From NCBI GenBank assembly GCA_964492775.1, contig CAZBLH010000002.1:62615-126614 (forward strand): DNA of 64,000 nucleotides. The letters are read 5' to 3'. The translations under genes were made by a program, and so were the position numbers. Within the stretch, counting starts at the first letter, position 1; each line of letters starts with the position of its first letter. Of this stretch, positions 14,754 to 24,379 are shown piece by piece. The notes below the pieces were generated by a model that saw nothing but the letters and a program-made list of their open reading frames with translations, was not told the origin of the DNA and made no database searches. The DNA is from an uncultured Eubacteriales bacterium (GTDB lineage: Bacteria; Actinomycetota; Coriobacteriia; Anaerosomatales; PHET01).

Positions 14754-17270
14754 TTGAAGCTTGTAGTCACCGAGAAGAACATCGCCGCCAAGAAGCTTGC
14801 CGAGATGCTCGCTGTCGGCAAGTCGAAGGCAGACAAGGTCTACTCGACCGCGGTCTACCGCTTCCGGCGCGATGGCGAGGACTGGGTGTCCATCGGTCTG
14901 AAGGGCCACATCCTGGGCGTTGAGTTCCCCACCAAGCTCCGGTTCGATGCCGAACGAGGCGCGTGGAAGGCCGTCTGGGAAGAGGGCCCTGAGACCGCTG
15001 CCAAGATTCCGGGTCTGCCAACACCGCCGTGGGAAGAGCGGCGTAAGCCCTATCTCAAAGATGGCATCGATCTCAAGTCCTGGAAGCTTGATGCGCTTCC
15101 TTATCTAGTGTGGGCGCCTGTGGGCAAAGCCCCGGCGGAGCGGGAGATCATCCGCTCGCTGAAGAAGCTCGCGAAAGAGGCGGACGAGATCATCATCGCG
15201 ACCGACTTCGACCGGGAAGGCGAGCTTATCGGCAGCGATGCCCGCGGGCTGGTTCGGGCGGTCAACAAGCAGGCACCGGTGTACCGAGCACGGTTCTCGG
15301 CGATCACCAAAGATGAGCTGGAGCGCGCCTTTGCTGACCTTTCCGAGGTTGACGACTGCCTGGCCCAAGCGGGAGAGTCCCGCCAGGACATCGATCTGAT
15401 CTGGGGCGCGGTGCTTACCCGTTATCTGACGATGGCCAAGTTCTCCGGGTACGGCAACGTGCGCTCGGCGGGTCGCGTGCAGACCCCGACGCTCGCCCTC
15501 GTCGTCGAGCGTGAGCTCGAGCGTGAAGCCTTCGTGCCCGAGACGTACTGGCAGGTGCGCGCCCGCTTCGCCGAGCCTGGCGAGGGCACCGAGTTCTCGG
15601 CGGGACACGCCACCGACCGGTTCAAGAACGCCGCGGAGGCCGAGGCCGTGATGGCCGCCGTGGAGGGCAAGAACGACGGGCGTGTCACAGCGGTCGAGCG
15701 CAAGAAGCGCAAGGTCGCCCCGCCCACACCTTTCAACACTACCGAGCTCCAGGCCGCCGCGTCCCGCGAAGGGCTCTCGCCCGCAAGAACGATGCGCATC
15801 GCCGAGACGCTCTATATGAACGGTCTCATCAGCTACCCGCGTGTCGACAACACCGTCTACCCGCCTTCGCTGGACCTCCAGGGTATCCTGGGCTCACTGT
15901 CGGAGGTTGCCGCCTATCGTGACTACGCGAAGCGCCTGCTGGCCGCTCCAGGTGGATTGAAGCCCACGCGCGGCAAGAAGGAAACGACCGACCACCCGCC
16001 GATCCACCCGACGGCAGCAGCCAACCTCGACAAGCTCAAGCCCGAGGAGGCGAAGCTCTACAACCTCGTCGCTCGGCGTTTCATGGCAACGCTTTCCGGT
16101 CCCGCGACCATCGAGGGCACCAAGGTGACAATCGAGGTGGGCGGAGAGCCGTTCGTTGCGCGCGGAGACGTGCTAATGGACGCGGGCTTCCGCGAGATCT
16201 ATCCGTACGGCCTCAAGAAGGACGAGCAGCTTCCTGCGCTCGCCGAGGGCGGCACCGTCGACTTTCTCGGCGCTGAGCTTGCCGAGAAGCAGACTGAGCC
16301 GCCCGCACGCTATGGCCAGGGCACACTTCTGCAGGAGATGGAGAAGCGCGGCCTCGGGACCAAGGCAACGCGCCACAGCATCATCGAGCGCCTGATCAAC
16401 GTGGGCTACGTCGAGGAAGCTGAGACAGGACGCGCCCTCGTGCCGACTTGCCGCGGGCGCGCCGTCATAGAGGTCCTCACGAGCTACGCGCCGCGCATCA
16501 CGACGCCGGATATGACCGCCGAGCTCGAGAGTGAGATGGATGACATCGCCAATGGGCGGAGCGAGCGCGAAGACGTGGTGCGCCACTCGCGCGACCTTCT
16601 CGGCAAGATCATGGACGAGCTGCTGCCCAAAACCGGTGATGTCGGTGAGATGCTGCGTGTCGCCACGGCCGAGGATGCGCGCGTGGGCAAGTGCCCGAAG
16701 TCAGGACACGACCTGTTGGTGAAGTCATCAGCGAAGACGCGCGGGCAGTTCGTAGGCTGTGCGGGGTGGCCTGATTGCGATGTCGTGTACCCGCTCCCGC
16801 AGGGCAAGATCGACGCCGTCGAAGAGCCCTGCCCCGAGTGCGGCACGCCGCAGATCCGGGTCACACAGTTCCGGAGCAAGCCGGTGGTGCGCTGCCTCGA
16901 CCCCGAGTGCAAGACCAACTTCGAGGCCCAGGTCGACTTGGGCGAGTGCCCGACGTGTCGTGCGCAGGAGCGGCCGGGCGGCAGACTGCTGTCCCAGCGG
17001 TCCAAGAACCTGAAGCGGTTCGCGCGTTGTACCAACTACGACGAGTGTGGCACGAGCTACCCGCTGCCGCAGCATGGGGAGCTTGCTGCCACCGGCGAGA
17101 TATGCGACCCATGCGGCTCGCCGATGGTCATCGTGACCACGCGTCGGGGCCCGTGGAAGATCTGCATCGATCCGAAGTGTCCCGCCAAGGCCGAGCAGGC
17201 CGAGAAGAAGCCGGCCAAGAAGGCCGGGGGCACGCGGAAGCCGGCTGCGAAGCGCGCGAAGAAATCCTGA
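14754..17270 (+). CDS. Type IA DNA topoisomerase with archaeal-Topo I / Topo III-like signatures and C-terminal zinc ribbons
   Basis: This lies in ORF 14697..17270. I prefer the TTG at 14754 because of the GGAGG RBS. The Toprim region is KLVVTEKNIAAKKLAEML ... ATDFDREGELIG. The active-site region GLISYPRVDNTVY is YPR-type, not the YMRTDS of bacterial TopA. There are at least 4 Cys4-type ribbons (CPKSGH..CAGWPDC; CPECG..CLDPEC; CPTC..CTNYDEC; CDPCG..CIDPKC) and a Lys-rich tail. Confidence 0.85.
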   Translation: MKLVVTEKNIAAKKLAEMLAVGKSKADKVYSTAVYRFRRDGEDWVSIGLKGHILGVEFPTKLRFDAERGAWKAVWEEGPETAAKIPGLPTPPWEERRKPYLKDGIDLKSWKLDALPYLVWAPVGKAPAEREIIRSLKKLAKEADEIIIATDFDREGELIGSDARGLVRAVNKQAPVYRARFSAITKDELERAFADLSEVDDCLAQAGESRQDIDLIWGAVLTRYLTMAKFSGYGNVRSAGRVQTPTLALVVERELEREAFVPETYWQVRARFAEPGEGTEFSAGHATDRFKNAAEAEAVMAAVEGKNDGRVTAVERKKRKVAPPTPFNTTELQAAASREGLSPARTMRIAETLYMNGLISYPRVDNTVYPPSLDLQGILGSLSEVAAYRDYAKRLLAAPGGLKPTRGKKETTDHPPIHPTAAANLDKLKPEEAKLYNLVARRFMATLSGPATIEGTKVTIEVGGEPFVARGDVLMDAGFREIYPYGLKKDEQLPALAEGGTVDFLGAELAEKQTEPPARYGQGTLLQEMEKRGLGTKATRHSIIERLINVGYVEEAETGRALVPTCRGRAVIEVLTSYAPRITTPDMTAELESEMDDIANGRSEREDVVRHSRDLLGKIMDELLPKTGDVGEMLRVATAEDARVGKCPKSGHDLLVKSSAKTRGQFVGCAGWPDCDVVYPLPQGKIDAVEEPCPECGTPQIRVTQFRSKPVVRCLDPECKTNFEAQVDLGECPTCRAQERPGGRLLSQRSKNLKRFARCTNYDECGTSYPLPQHGELAATGEICDPCGSPMVIVTTRRGPWKICIDPKCPAKAEQAEKKPAKKAGGTRKPAAKRAKKS

Positions 17271-17373
17271 CCGACACCGCCGTCCCGGTCAGATTCCGCG
17301 GCAATGGGGCATCTAGTCTGCAGACCGCAGATTCGGTCTCGGGAGTGTCACCGCGACGGACTGGGGGTCAGCG

Positions 17374-18087
17374 ATGCGCATCGCTGTGATAGAGCACCGG
17401 CTATGCTCAACGACCGGTGAGGATGCTGCCGCATTGGCGGAGGCGGTCGTGTCCGCCGCTCGTGACGGTGCCGAGGTCGTCTTCCTGCCCGCCGTGTTCG
17501 ATTCTCTTGACGCCGCGGCTCAGCGCGCGTTCTCCGATGGCGTTGCGGGTGTATCGGCGACGTGGCTGCTACCGAGGGTCGAGTCGCGAGCGCTCGGCCA
17601 GGCATTCTCGGCCATGCCGATCTTTGGCGCCGGTGAGAGGCTCGGGTCCGTCGCCCTTGTCCACGGCGACTCGTGTTTCGACTCGGGAGCGATCGCCGAG
17701 GTGGCTACATCCGAGCCCGCAGTGCTCGTGATGACACCGCTCAGTGAGAACGAACTGCAGGCCGAGGCGGTGCTCGAATTTGCGATCGGGCTCTCGGAGT
17801 CCGTCGCGCCGCTTGTGGTGGTCGCCGAGCCGGTCGGTGGCGGCTTCGGCGAGCCAGGGCAGGGCGGCAGTGCGATCGTCCTTCTCGGCAAGGTGCTTGC
17901 CGAGGCGCTCGGGCCAGACGGGGGCGTGCTGTTTGCCGAGGTGCCGGAGCCGCTGCCTCGGCCGTCGCCGCCGGAGCCGCTGCCTGCCGTCCCGACGATA
18001 CTCGCGCAGCGTGCTGCCACGCATGCAGGCCGCAAACTTGACATGGGCTATCTCGCGGACCTCTCCGATGGGGCAGCGTCGCAGTAG
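17374..18087 (+). CDS. Hypothetical protein, possibly a degenerate carbon-nitrogen hydrolase fold
   Basis: MRIAVIE...GAEVVFLPAVF...HGDSCFDSG...GGSAIV recalls the nitrilase-superfamily layout, but the usual FPE glutamate context reads LPA. Confidence 0.3.
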   Translation: MRIAVIEHRLCSTTGEDAAALAEAVVSAARDGAEVVFLPAVFDSLDAAAQRAFSDGVAGVSATWLLPRVESRALGQAFSAMPIFGAGERLGSVALVHGDSCFDSGAIAEVATSEPAVLVMTPLSENELQAEAVLEFAIGLSESVAPLVVVAEPVGGGFGEPGQGGSAIVLLGKVLAEALGPDGGVLFAEVPEPLPRPSPPEPLPAVPTILAQRAATHAGRKLDMGYLADLSDGAASQ

Positions 18088-18195
18088 GCGTTTGTGCGCG
18101 GGTAGCGACCGTGGCGCGTGCTAGAATCGCGGTGAATCCGGCCGCCTCAGATGCCTGCGGCTTCCACCCGGGCACTTTCGTTTGAAGGGACACCC

Positions 18196-19131
18196 GTGAC
18201 GTATCCGAAGGTGACCGTGGTCGGCGCTGGGCAGGTCGGCGCGACCGCGGCCGAACTCCTGCTCCTGCGCGATCTTGCCGACGTCGTGCTCATTGACGTT
18301 GCCGAGGGCCTGCCTCAAGGCAAGGCGCTCGACCTGATGCACATGCGGTCGATCGAGGACTTCGGTCCGCGCGTGACCGGCACGAACGACTACGCGGACA
18401 CGGCCGGCAGCGACGTCGTCGTCATCACCGCCGGTATTCCGCGGCGACCGGGGATGACCCGCGATGACCTGCTCGCCACCAACAGCGAGATCATGCGCTC
18501 GGTCATCACCCAAGCTGCAGCGGTTTCGCCGGACGCCGTCTTCATCTGCGTCACGAATCCGCTCGACATCATGACCTACCTCGCTCACAAGGAGTCGGGC
18601 CTGCCCGCCGAGCGCGTCATCGGCATGGGCGGCGTCCTCGACTCGGCACGTTTCGCCTTCGCGATTGCCGAGAAGACCGGCGCGGGCATCTCGGAGATCG
18701 AGGCGCTTGCGATAGGCGCGCACGGTGATGCGATGGTGCCGATGCCGCGCTTCTCGACCGTGGCCGGGCGCGCGCTCGGCGAGATTCTCTCCGCCGATGA
18801 TGTCGAGGCGCTCGTGCAGCGCACCATCTTCGGTGGCGCGGAGGTGGTCGGGCTGCTCAAGGCCGGCTCGGCGTTCTATGCGCCCGCGGCTTCGATCGTC
18901 GCGATGGTGCGCGCCGTGCTCGAGGACTCGGGCACCGTGCTCCCGAGCTGCGTGCTGCTGCGCGGTGAGTACGGCATCGAAGATGTGTACCTTTCGGTTC
19001 CGGCCAAGCTGGGCCGGGCCGGAGTGCTCGGCATCGACGAGCTGCCGCTCAATGATGCCGAGCGGCATGCGCTGCAGCTCTCCGCGGCAACCGTCGCCAA
19101 CTCACTCGATGCCCTAGGGTTGCGAGGCTAG
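18196..19131 (+). CDS. mdh: Malate dehydrogenase (LDH-like MDH family)
   Basis: This lies in ORF 18151..19131, and the GTG at 18196 follows GAAGGGA. Motifs are KVTVVGAGQVGAT, ITAGIPRRPGMTRDDL and GAHGD. Confidence 0.85.
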   Translation: MTYPKVTVVGAGQVGATAAELLLLRDLADVVLIDVAEGLPQGKALDLMHMRSIEDFGPRVTGTNDYADTAGSDVVVITAGIPRRPGMTRDDLLATNSEIMRSVITQAAAVSPDAVFICVTNPLDIMTYLAHKESGLPAERVIGMGGVLDSARFAFAIAEKTGAGISEIEALAIGAHGDAMVPMPRFSTVAGRALGEILSADDVEALVQRTIFGGAEVVGLLKAGSAFYAPAASIVAMVRAVLEDSGTVLPSCVLLRGEYGIEDVYLSVPAKLGRAGVLGIDELPLNDAERHALQLSAATVANSLDALGLRG

Positions 19132-19132
19132 C

Positions 19133-19975
19133 GTGATCACCGCCGAGCGGATCGCCGAGGCGGTCTCCAGGCTCGTTCCAGAGGCCGCGTTCACCATGCG
19201 TGCGGATGTCGCACGCGCGCTCTCAGCGGCGGCTGAGTCGGAGCGCTCCGAGCGTGGGCGGGCGGTCCTCAGCCAGATGATCGAGAACGAGCGGTTGGCC
19301 CGTGAGGGCCGGATACCGCTGTGCCAGGACACAGGCACCGTCTGGGTACGCATCGAGCTTGGCAGCGAGGAGACGCTTACCGGGAACGTGCAGACCGAGG
19401 TCAACGCTGCGGTCGCCGAGGCGTACCGCTCGGCAGGCCTCAGGATGTCCGTTGTCTACGATGCCCTGCTGGAGCGCGTGAACACCGGCGACAACACGCC
19501 GGCGTTCATCGAGCTGGTCTGGCGGCCGGGTACCGGGGCGACCGTGAGCGTGATGCTCAAAGGCGGCGGCTCAGACAACGCGTCCCGAGTCGAGATGCTG
19601 CCCCCGAGCGCCGGCTATGCGGGCGTCAAGGAGTTCGTGCTCAAGACAGTCACGGAGCGGGCGACAGGAGCCTGCCCTCCGCTGCTTGTCGGCGTCGGCG
19701 TGGGCACGACCTTCGACAAGGTCGGGGCGCTTGCGAAGCGCGCGCTCCTGCGGGAGATCGGCACGATTCCCAAGGACGATCGCGTCGCAGAGTTGGAGGC
19801 GGAGCTGCTCGAGGCCGTCAACGCGACCGGAATCGGCCCTGCCGGGCTCGGTGGCGACACGACCGCGCTCGCGGTCCATCTTGCGACGGCGCCGTGTCAC
19901 ATTGCCGCTCTCCCGGTCGCCGTGAACCTGGGATGCTGCGCCGTGCGGAGCGCCACCGTCGAGGTGGTCTCGTGA
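19133..19975 (+). CDS. Fe-S class I fumarate hydratase / tartrate dehydratase, alpha subunit
   Basis: It has the IPLCQDTGTVWV motif and is 280 aa, like the N-terminal half of class I fumarases. Confidence 0.85.
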   Translation: MITAERIAEAVSRLVPEAAFTMRADVARALSAAAESERSERGRAVLSQMIENERLAREGRIPLCQDTGTVWVRIELGSEETLTGNVQTEVNAAVAEAYRSAGLRMSVVYDALLERVNTGDNTPAFIELVWRPGTGATVSVMLKGGGSDNASRVEMLPPSAGYAGVKEFVLKTVTERATGACPPLLVGVGVGTTFDKVGALAKRALLREIGTIPKDDRVAELEAELLEAVNATGIGPAGLGGDTTALAVHLATAPCHIAALPVAVNLGCCAVRSATVEVVS

Positions 19976-20553
19976 TGCCGCAGCGTGAACCGATTCGCAT
20001 CGACATGCCGGCATCGCGCGAGCGGCTTGCGGAGTTGCGCGCTGGCGACGAAGTCCGGTTGTACGGCCCCGTCTACACGGCGCGCGATGCGACACATGTG
20101 CGCTTGCTTGAAGAGCTGCGCACAGACGGTGTGCTGCCGTACGGGCTCATTGGTCAGACGCTCTTCTATGCGGGGCCGACGCCAGCGGTGGCGGGGCGCC
20201 ACGGCGGCGCAGTCGGTCCGACGACCGCCAAACGCATGGACTTCGCCACACCGGAGCTCCTGGCGGCGGGTATCGTTGCGACCATCGGCAAGGGTACTCG
20301 CAGCGAAAAGGTACGTGAGGCGTGCCGGGCCACCGGCAGCGTGTACTTCGCTGCGGTGGGCGGTGCTGCTGCCCTGCTCGCGTCGCACGTCGCATCGGCC
20401 GAGACGGTAGCCTATCCTGAGCTCGGCACAGAAGCGCTGGTGCGCATGGTGCTCGACGGATTCCCTGCGTGGGTCGCGATCGACTCGGCGGGTATTGACC
20501 TGTATGCAACCGCGCCTCGGCAATGGCGCGATACGTTAGCGAGTGTCGAGTGA
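19975..20553 (+). CDS. Fe-S class I fumarate hydratase, beta subunit
   Basis: This is an internal ATG at 19975 in ORF 19321..20553, and it overlaps the alpha-subunit stop (TGATG). Motifs are GDEVRLYGPVYTARDATH, YAGPTP and IGKGTR. Confidence 0.85.
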   Translation: MPQREPIRIDMPASRERLAELRAGDEVRLYGPVYTARDATHVRLLEELRTDGVLPYGLIGQTLFYAGPTPAVAGRHGGAVGPTTAKRMDFATPELLAAGIVATIGKGTRSEKVREACRATGSVYFAAVGGAAALLASHVASAETVAYPELGTEALVRMVLDGFPAWVAIDSAGIDLYATAPRQWRDTLASVE

Positions 20554-21233
20554 CGTTCGAGGATCCACATTCTTCTGCGCGGCGCACAGTACCCGGCCTC
20601 TTCATCACGTTCGAGGGCGGTGAGGGCTCTGGCAAGTCGACGCAGATACGCATGCTGGCGCAGCGGCTGCGCGAGGGTGGCCTGACCGTGCGCACCGTTC
20701 GAGAGCCCGGCGGCACGGTGGTAGGAGAGGCTGTCCGAACGCTGCTTCTCGATCCCGAGCATGAGGGGCTCGACGCGCGCGCCGAACTGCTCTTGTACGA
20801 AGCCTCGCGTGCCCAGCACGTGGCCCAGGTAATCGCGCCAGCGCTTGCTGCCGGAGAGATCGTACTCTGCGACCGGTACACAGACTCGTCGCTCGCGTAT
20901 CAGGGCCATGGCCGTGGTCTGCCGGTGACCGAAGTCGCGACGCTCAACCAGATCGCCAGCGGCGGGCTGGCGCCAGAGCGCACGCTGCTCCTCGACATCG
21001 AGCCTGAGCTGGGCATCCAGCGAGCCACCGCCGTCGCTGTGGATCGCCTCGAACGTGAGAGCCTGGCGTTTCACGAGCGGGTGCGCGAGGGATTCCTCTC
21101 GGTCGCCCGTGCCGAGCCCGACCGCGTCCGCGTCATCGATGCTTCGGGCAGCGTCGCTGAGGTTGCCGAGCGGGTGCTTGAGGCCGTGAGCGACATGCCT
21201 GTGATCACCGCAGCGCTCGGACAGCAGGACTGA
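20550..21233 (+). CDS. tmk: Thymidylate kinase
   Basis: The P-loop is FITFEGGEGSGKSTQ, followed by DRY.DSSLAYQG. The start is either the GTG at 20550 (GTGA overlap) or the track start at 20523. Confidence 0.9.
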   Translation: MTFEDPHSSARRTVPGLFITFEGGEGSGKSTQIRMLAQRLREGGLTVRTVREPGGTVVGEAVRTLLLDPEHEGLDARAELLLYEASRAQHVAQVIAPALAAGEIVLCDRYTDSSLAYQGHGRGLPVTEVATLNQIASGGLAPERTLLLDIEPELGIQRATAVAVDRLERESLAFHERVREGFLSVARAEPDRVRVIDASGSVAEVAERVLEAVSDMPVITAALGQQD

Positions 21234-21234
21234 G

Positions 21235-22356
21235 ATGCCGCGCTCGGTCTGGGACGATATCATTGGGCAGCCGCGCGTCGTGGGGTTCCTGCGCGGCGTC
21301 ATCGAGACCGGCACGGTGTCGCACGCGTACCTGTTCGTCGGGATGCCGGGTGCCGGCAAGAAGACTACCGCCCGCTCCTTCGCCTGTGCGCTCTTCTGTG
21401 GTGATTGCTGCGGCACGTGTGGCGCATGCACGCGGGTGAAGCGTGGTACGCATCCTGACGTGCACATCATCGAACCCGAAGGCGCAGGCGGTTACGTCGC
21501 CGCGCAGGTGCGCGAGCTGGTTCGCGATGTGAATCTCGCGCCCATCGAAGGGCCACGCAAGGTCTACATCATCGAGTCGGCGGACAGCTTCAACGATGCG
21601 TCGGCAAACGCGCTCCTCAAGACGCTTGAAGAACCGCCGGCCGACGTCGTCTTCATCCTGCTCGCGCACGCTGTCGACCTGGTGCCGCCGACGATCGTCT
21701 CGCGTTGCCAGGTCGTGCGGTTCCGCAGGCTTGCGCCGTCCGCAGCGATCCGCGAGCTTGTCGCGATCTCCGGGGCGGGCGAGGAGGAGGCCGCTATCGC
21801 GCTCGCCGCGGCAGGTGGTGTGATCGTGCGGGCTCGTGATTTCCTCGCATCGCCAGGCCGCCGCGTCGCTCGGATGCGCATCCTGCGCGCGCTCGACGAC
21901 TTGCCGACCGGCGACGACCTCGACGTGCTCACCGCAGCCAAGGAGCTGCTTGCCGCGGTCAAAGCGCCACTCGAGGAGGTGCGCACCGCTCAAGCGAGTG
22001 AGCTTGCCGAGCGCGCCGAGTTTCTCGGCAAGGCTCAGGCGAAGGGGCTTGAGGAGCGCCACAAGCGTGAGCTGACCGCACGCGAGCGTGAGGGCATCGC
22101 AGAGATCTTGAACGTAGCCGAGAGCTGGCTGAGAGATTGCTTGACACTATCTCAAGGAGTCGAAGATCTTGCGATCAACACCGACGCTCTCGACGCAATG
22201 CAAGACATAGGGCGTATGATCACTCCTGCAGCGGCGACTCGTGCACTGCGAGCGGTCAACGTGGCTCGCCGCCGCATCTCGTATAATGTGAGCCCCCAGC
22301 TGGCCATCGAGGCCATGCTTTTCGATATTCGAGAGGTTCTTAGATGCCCACGGTAG
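21235..22356 (+). CDS. holB: DNA polymerase III delta' subunit
   Basis: Motifs are HAYLFVGMPGAGKKTTA, the Zn module CGTCGACTRV, NALLKTLEEPP and SRCQVVRF. Confidence 0.85.
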   Translation: MPRSVWDDIIGQPRVVGFLRGVIETGTVSHAYLFVGMPGAGKKTTARSFACALFCGDCCGTCGACTRVKRGTHPDVHIIEPEGAGGYVAAQVRELVRDVNLAPIEGPRKVYIIESADSFNDASANALLKTLEEPPADVVFILLAHAVDLVPPTIVSRCQVVRFRRLAPSAAIRELVAISGAGEEEAAIALAAAGGVIVRARDFLASPGRRVARMRILRALDDLPTGDDLDVLTAAKELLAAVKAPLEEVRTAQASELAERAEFLGKAQAKGLEERHKRELTAREREGIAEILNVAESWLRDCLTLSQGVEDLAINTDALDAMQDIGRMITPAAATRALRAVNVARRRISYNVSPQLAIEAMLFDIREVLRCPR

Positions 22357-23621
22357 TCGGAGTTCGGCTCCGCTTTTCAAAGACGTTGTGGTTCGATCCC
22401 GCAGGCACCGATCCCCAGGAAGGCGAGACAGTTCTCGTCGACACTGAGCGCGGCACCGAGGTCGGCACGGTAACCCAGCCACCTCATGAGATCCCAGCCG
22501 AGCAGCTCGTTGCGCCGCTCAAGCCGATTCTGCGCATTGCGGACGAGGCCGACCTCGAGAAGCTTGCCGAGCTGCAGGAGCGGGAGAGGGAGGCGATGGC
22601 GGGCTTCCGTGAGCTGGTAGAGGCTCACGGGCTCGATATGAAGCCGGTCGATGTGGAGTACCTCATCGACGGCGACAAGGTCGTCTTCTACTTCTCGGCG
22701 GAGGAACGAATCGACTTCCGGAACCTCGTGCGCGAGCTGGCGGCGAGGTACCACGCGCGCATCGACATGCGCCAAGTCGGAGTACGCGACGAGGCTCGCG
22801 CGGTGGGCGGCGTCGGTCACTGCGGCCAGATGCTGTGCTGCGTTCGGCTCGGCAATGACTTCCAGCCGGTCTCGATCCGGATGGCGAAAGAACAAGACCT
22901 ACCCCTGAACCCCTTGAAGATAAGCGGGCTTTGCGGCAGACTCATGTGCTGTCTTCGCTACGAGTACGATGCCTACAAGGACTACAAGTCCCGGGCGCCG
23001 CGACGCGGGGCGATGATCGAGACGCCCAACGGCGAGGGCAAGGTCACGGATCTTAACACTCCGAAGGAGACTGTGACCCTGCGGCTCCAAGATGGGAGCA
23101 ACGTCACGGTGCCACTCGCCGAGATGACGTGTGCGAAGGGCTCGGGGTGTCCGTGCTCGGTGAGCGCGGAAGCGTTTGAAAAAGCCACAGGACCGGCAAC
23201 GACCGTGCTCACACTGCCCGACATCGATCTCGCTGGCGGGAAGAGCGCGAAATCCGCCGAGAAGGACACCACCACCGAGTCCAAGTCGGACACCGGGGGA
23301 GGCAGTCGCCGGAAGCGGCGTCGTGGCAAGAGGCCCGAGGGCGGAGAAGCGGCTCAGGGCGGGCAGGCGAAGGGCAAGCAGGGACAGGAGCCGAACGGCT
23401 CGGGTCCCGAGCAGCCCAAGCAGTCGCGCAACGCGGGCCCGAAGTCGCAGAAGGTACCCCGCCGGGGAGCCGGCGGAGCGGACGTCAGCAAGGCGTCCAG
23501 CGCGCCGAAGGGCGACGCGAACACAGGGGCCGGAGGCGCCGAGACTGGCGGCACGCGGACGCCGCGCAGGAGGCGGCGGCGCAGGCCGAGCTCTGGTGGC
23601 GACGCCCAAGCGTCGGAGTGA
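22344..23621 (+). CDS. PSP1-domain protein (YaaT/RicT-like) with a long basic low-complexity tail
   Basis: The PSP1 core is GHCGQMLCCVRLGNDFQPVSIRMAKEQDLPLNPLKISGLCGRLMCCLRYE. The last ~150 aa are rich in Gly, Lys, Arg, Ser and Ala. Confidence 0.8.
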   Translation: MPTVVGVRLRFSKTLWFDPAGTDPQEGETVLVDTERGTEVGTVTQPPHEIPAEQLVAPLKPILRIADEADLEKLAELQEREREAMAGFRELVEAHGLDMKPVDVEYLIDGDKVVFYFSAEERIDFRNLVRELAARYHARIDMRQVGVRDEARAVGGVGHCGQMLCCVRLGNDFQPVSIRMAKEQDLPLNPLKISGLCGRLMCCLRYEYDAYKDYKSRAPRRGAMIETPNGEGKVTDLNTPKETVTLRLQDGSNVTVPLAEMTCAKGSGCPCSVSAEAFEKATGPATTVLTLPDIDLAGGKSAKSAEKDTTTESKSDTGGGSRRKRRRGKRPEGGEAAQGGQAKGKQGQEPNGSGPEQPKQSRNAGPKSQKVPRRGAGGADVSKASSAPKGDANTGAGGAETGGTRTPRRRRRRRPSSGGDAQASE

Positions 23622-23668
23622 GCGTCAGACGTTCCAGACGTTGTAGTGTTTGACAGAGTGACCAACAG

Positions 23669-23744
23669 GCCGACGTAGCTCAGCTGGTAGAGCAGCGCAC
23701 TCGTAATGCGCAGGCCAGGGGTTCGAGTCCCCTCGTCGGCTCCA
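23669..23744 (+). tRNA. tRNA-Thr (anticodon CGT)
   Basis: A cloverleaf can be read by eye: acceptor GCCGACG/CGTCGGC, D-arm GCTC-AGCTGGTA-GAGC, anticodon stem GCGCA/TGCGC with loop CTCGTAA, and T-arm AGGGG-TTCGAGT-CCCCT. The discriminator is T and CCA is encoded. Confidence 0.9.
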
Positions 23745-23754
23745 CGAACGTATA

Positions 23755-23785
23755 CAGGGACTCAGCCGAGTCCCTGTTTTCTTTT
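23755..23785 (+). terminator. Rho-independent terminator after tRNA-Thr
   Basis: CAGGGACTC-agcc-GAGTCCCTG followed by TTTTCTTTT. Confidence 0.75.
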
Positions 23786-24016
23786 CCGCTTCCGCACATG
23801 TACCCGGGGCGCGAAAGCGGTACCCTTAACAGAGGTAAGGCTGTGTTTGCCGCTTACCGTGGAAACTCGGCCGTTCACCGAAGGGATGCGCCGTTTAGCT
23901 GGTAGGTCCCGGGTCGCGGTGTGGTAGTGTCCGACGACCCCGCCCGCCTTGCCCAGAGAGCCTGTCTGGACTCAGCGCGTGCGGTCGTGGCGGAATAGTA
24001 CGCGAGGAGGTGGACC

Positions 24017-24379
24017 GTGGAACTTGAGGGCATCGTCATCACCGTATTCATGGTGCTCGGCGCCTTGTTCGCGGCGGTCGTCTTCGCCACCTCGGCACTG
24101 CTCGGACCGTCCAAGCCCTCCGCGGCCAAGGGTGCAACCTATGAGTGCGGCGTCGACTCGGTTGGGCCCCCCTGGGTGCGGTTCCGTGCTGGCTACTACG
24201 TCTATGCGCTCCTGTACGTGATCTTCGATATCGAGACCGTGTTCCTGTATCCCTGGGCGGTCACGTTCGGTCAAGCGGGTGTGGGTTGGTTCGTGTTCGC
24301 CGAGATGGTCGTGTTCGTGACCATTCTGGTCGCCGGCTTGGCGTACGCCTGGAAGGAGGGCGCACTCAGGTGGCGCTAG
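24017..24379 (+). CDS. nuoA: NADH-quinone oxidoreductase subunit A
   Basis: It is 120 aa with 3 TM helices and the motifs YECG and [12 protein letters not shown]. Confidence 0.9.
   Translation: MELEGIVITVFMVLGALFAAVVFATSALLGPSKPSAAKGATYECGVDSVGPPWVRFRAGYYVYALLYVIFDIETVFLYPWAVTFGQAGVGWFVFAEMVVFVTILVAGLAYAWKEGALRWR

Noticed and set aside
19321-19974. A 218-aa N-terminal extension of the fumarase beta ORF that overlaps fumarase alpha in another frame.
   Set aside because: The translation is low-complexity and Arg-rich. The recognisable beta subunit begins at the ATG at 19975, which overlaps the alpha stop.
24145-24369. The extended nuoB ORF that overlaps nuoA.
   Set aside because: The overlap region is Arg-rich nonsense. 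NuoB similarity begins after the GTG at 24370, which has a good RBS.
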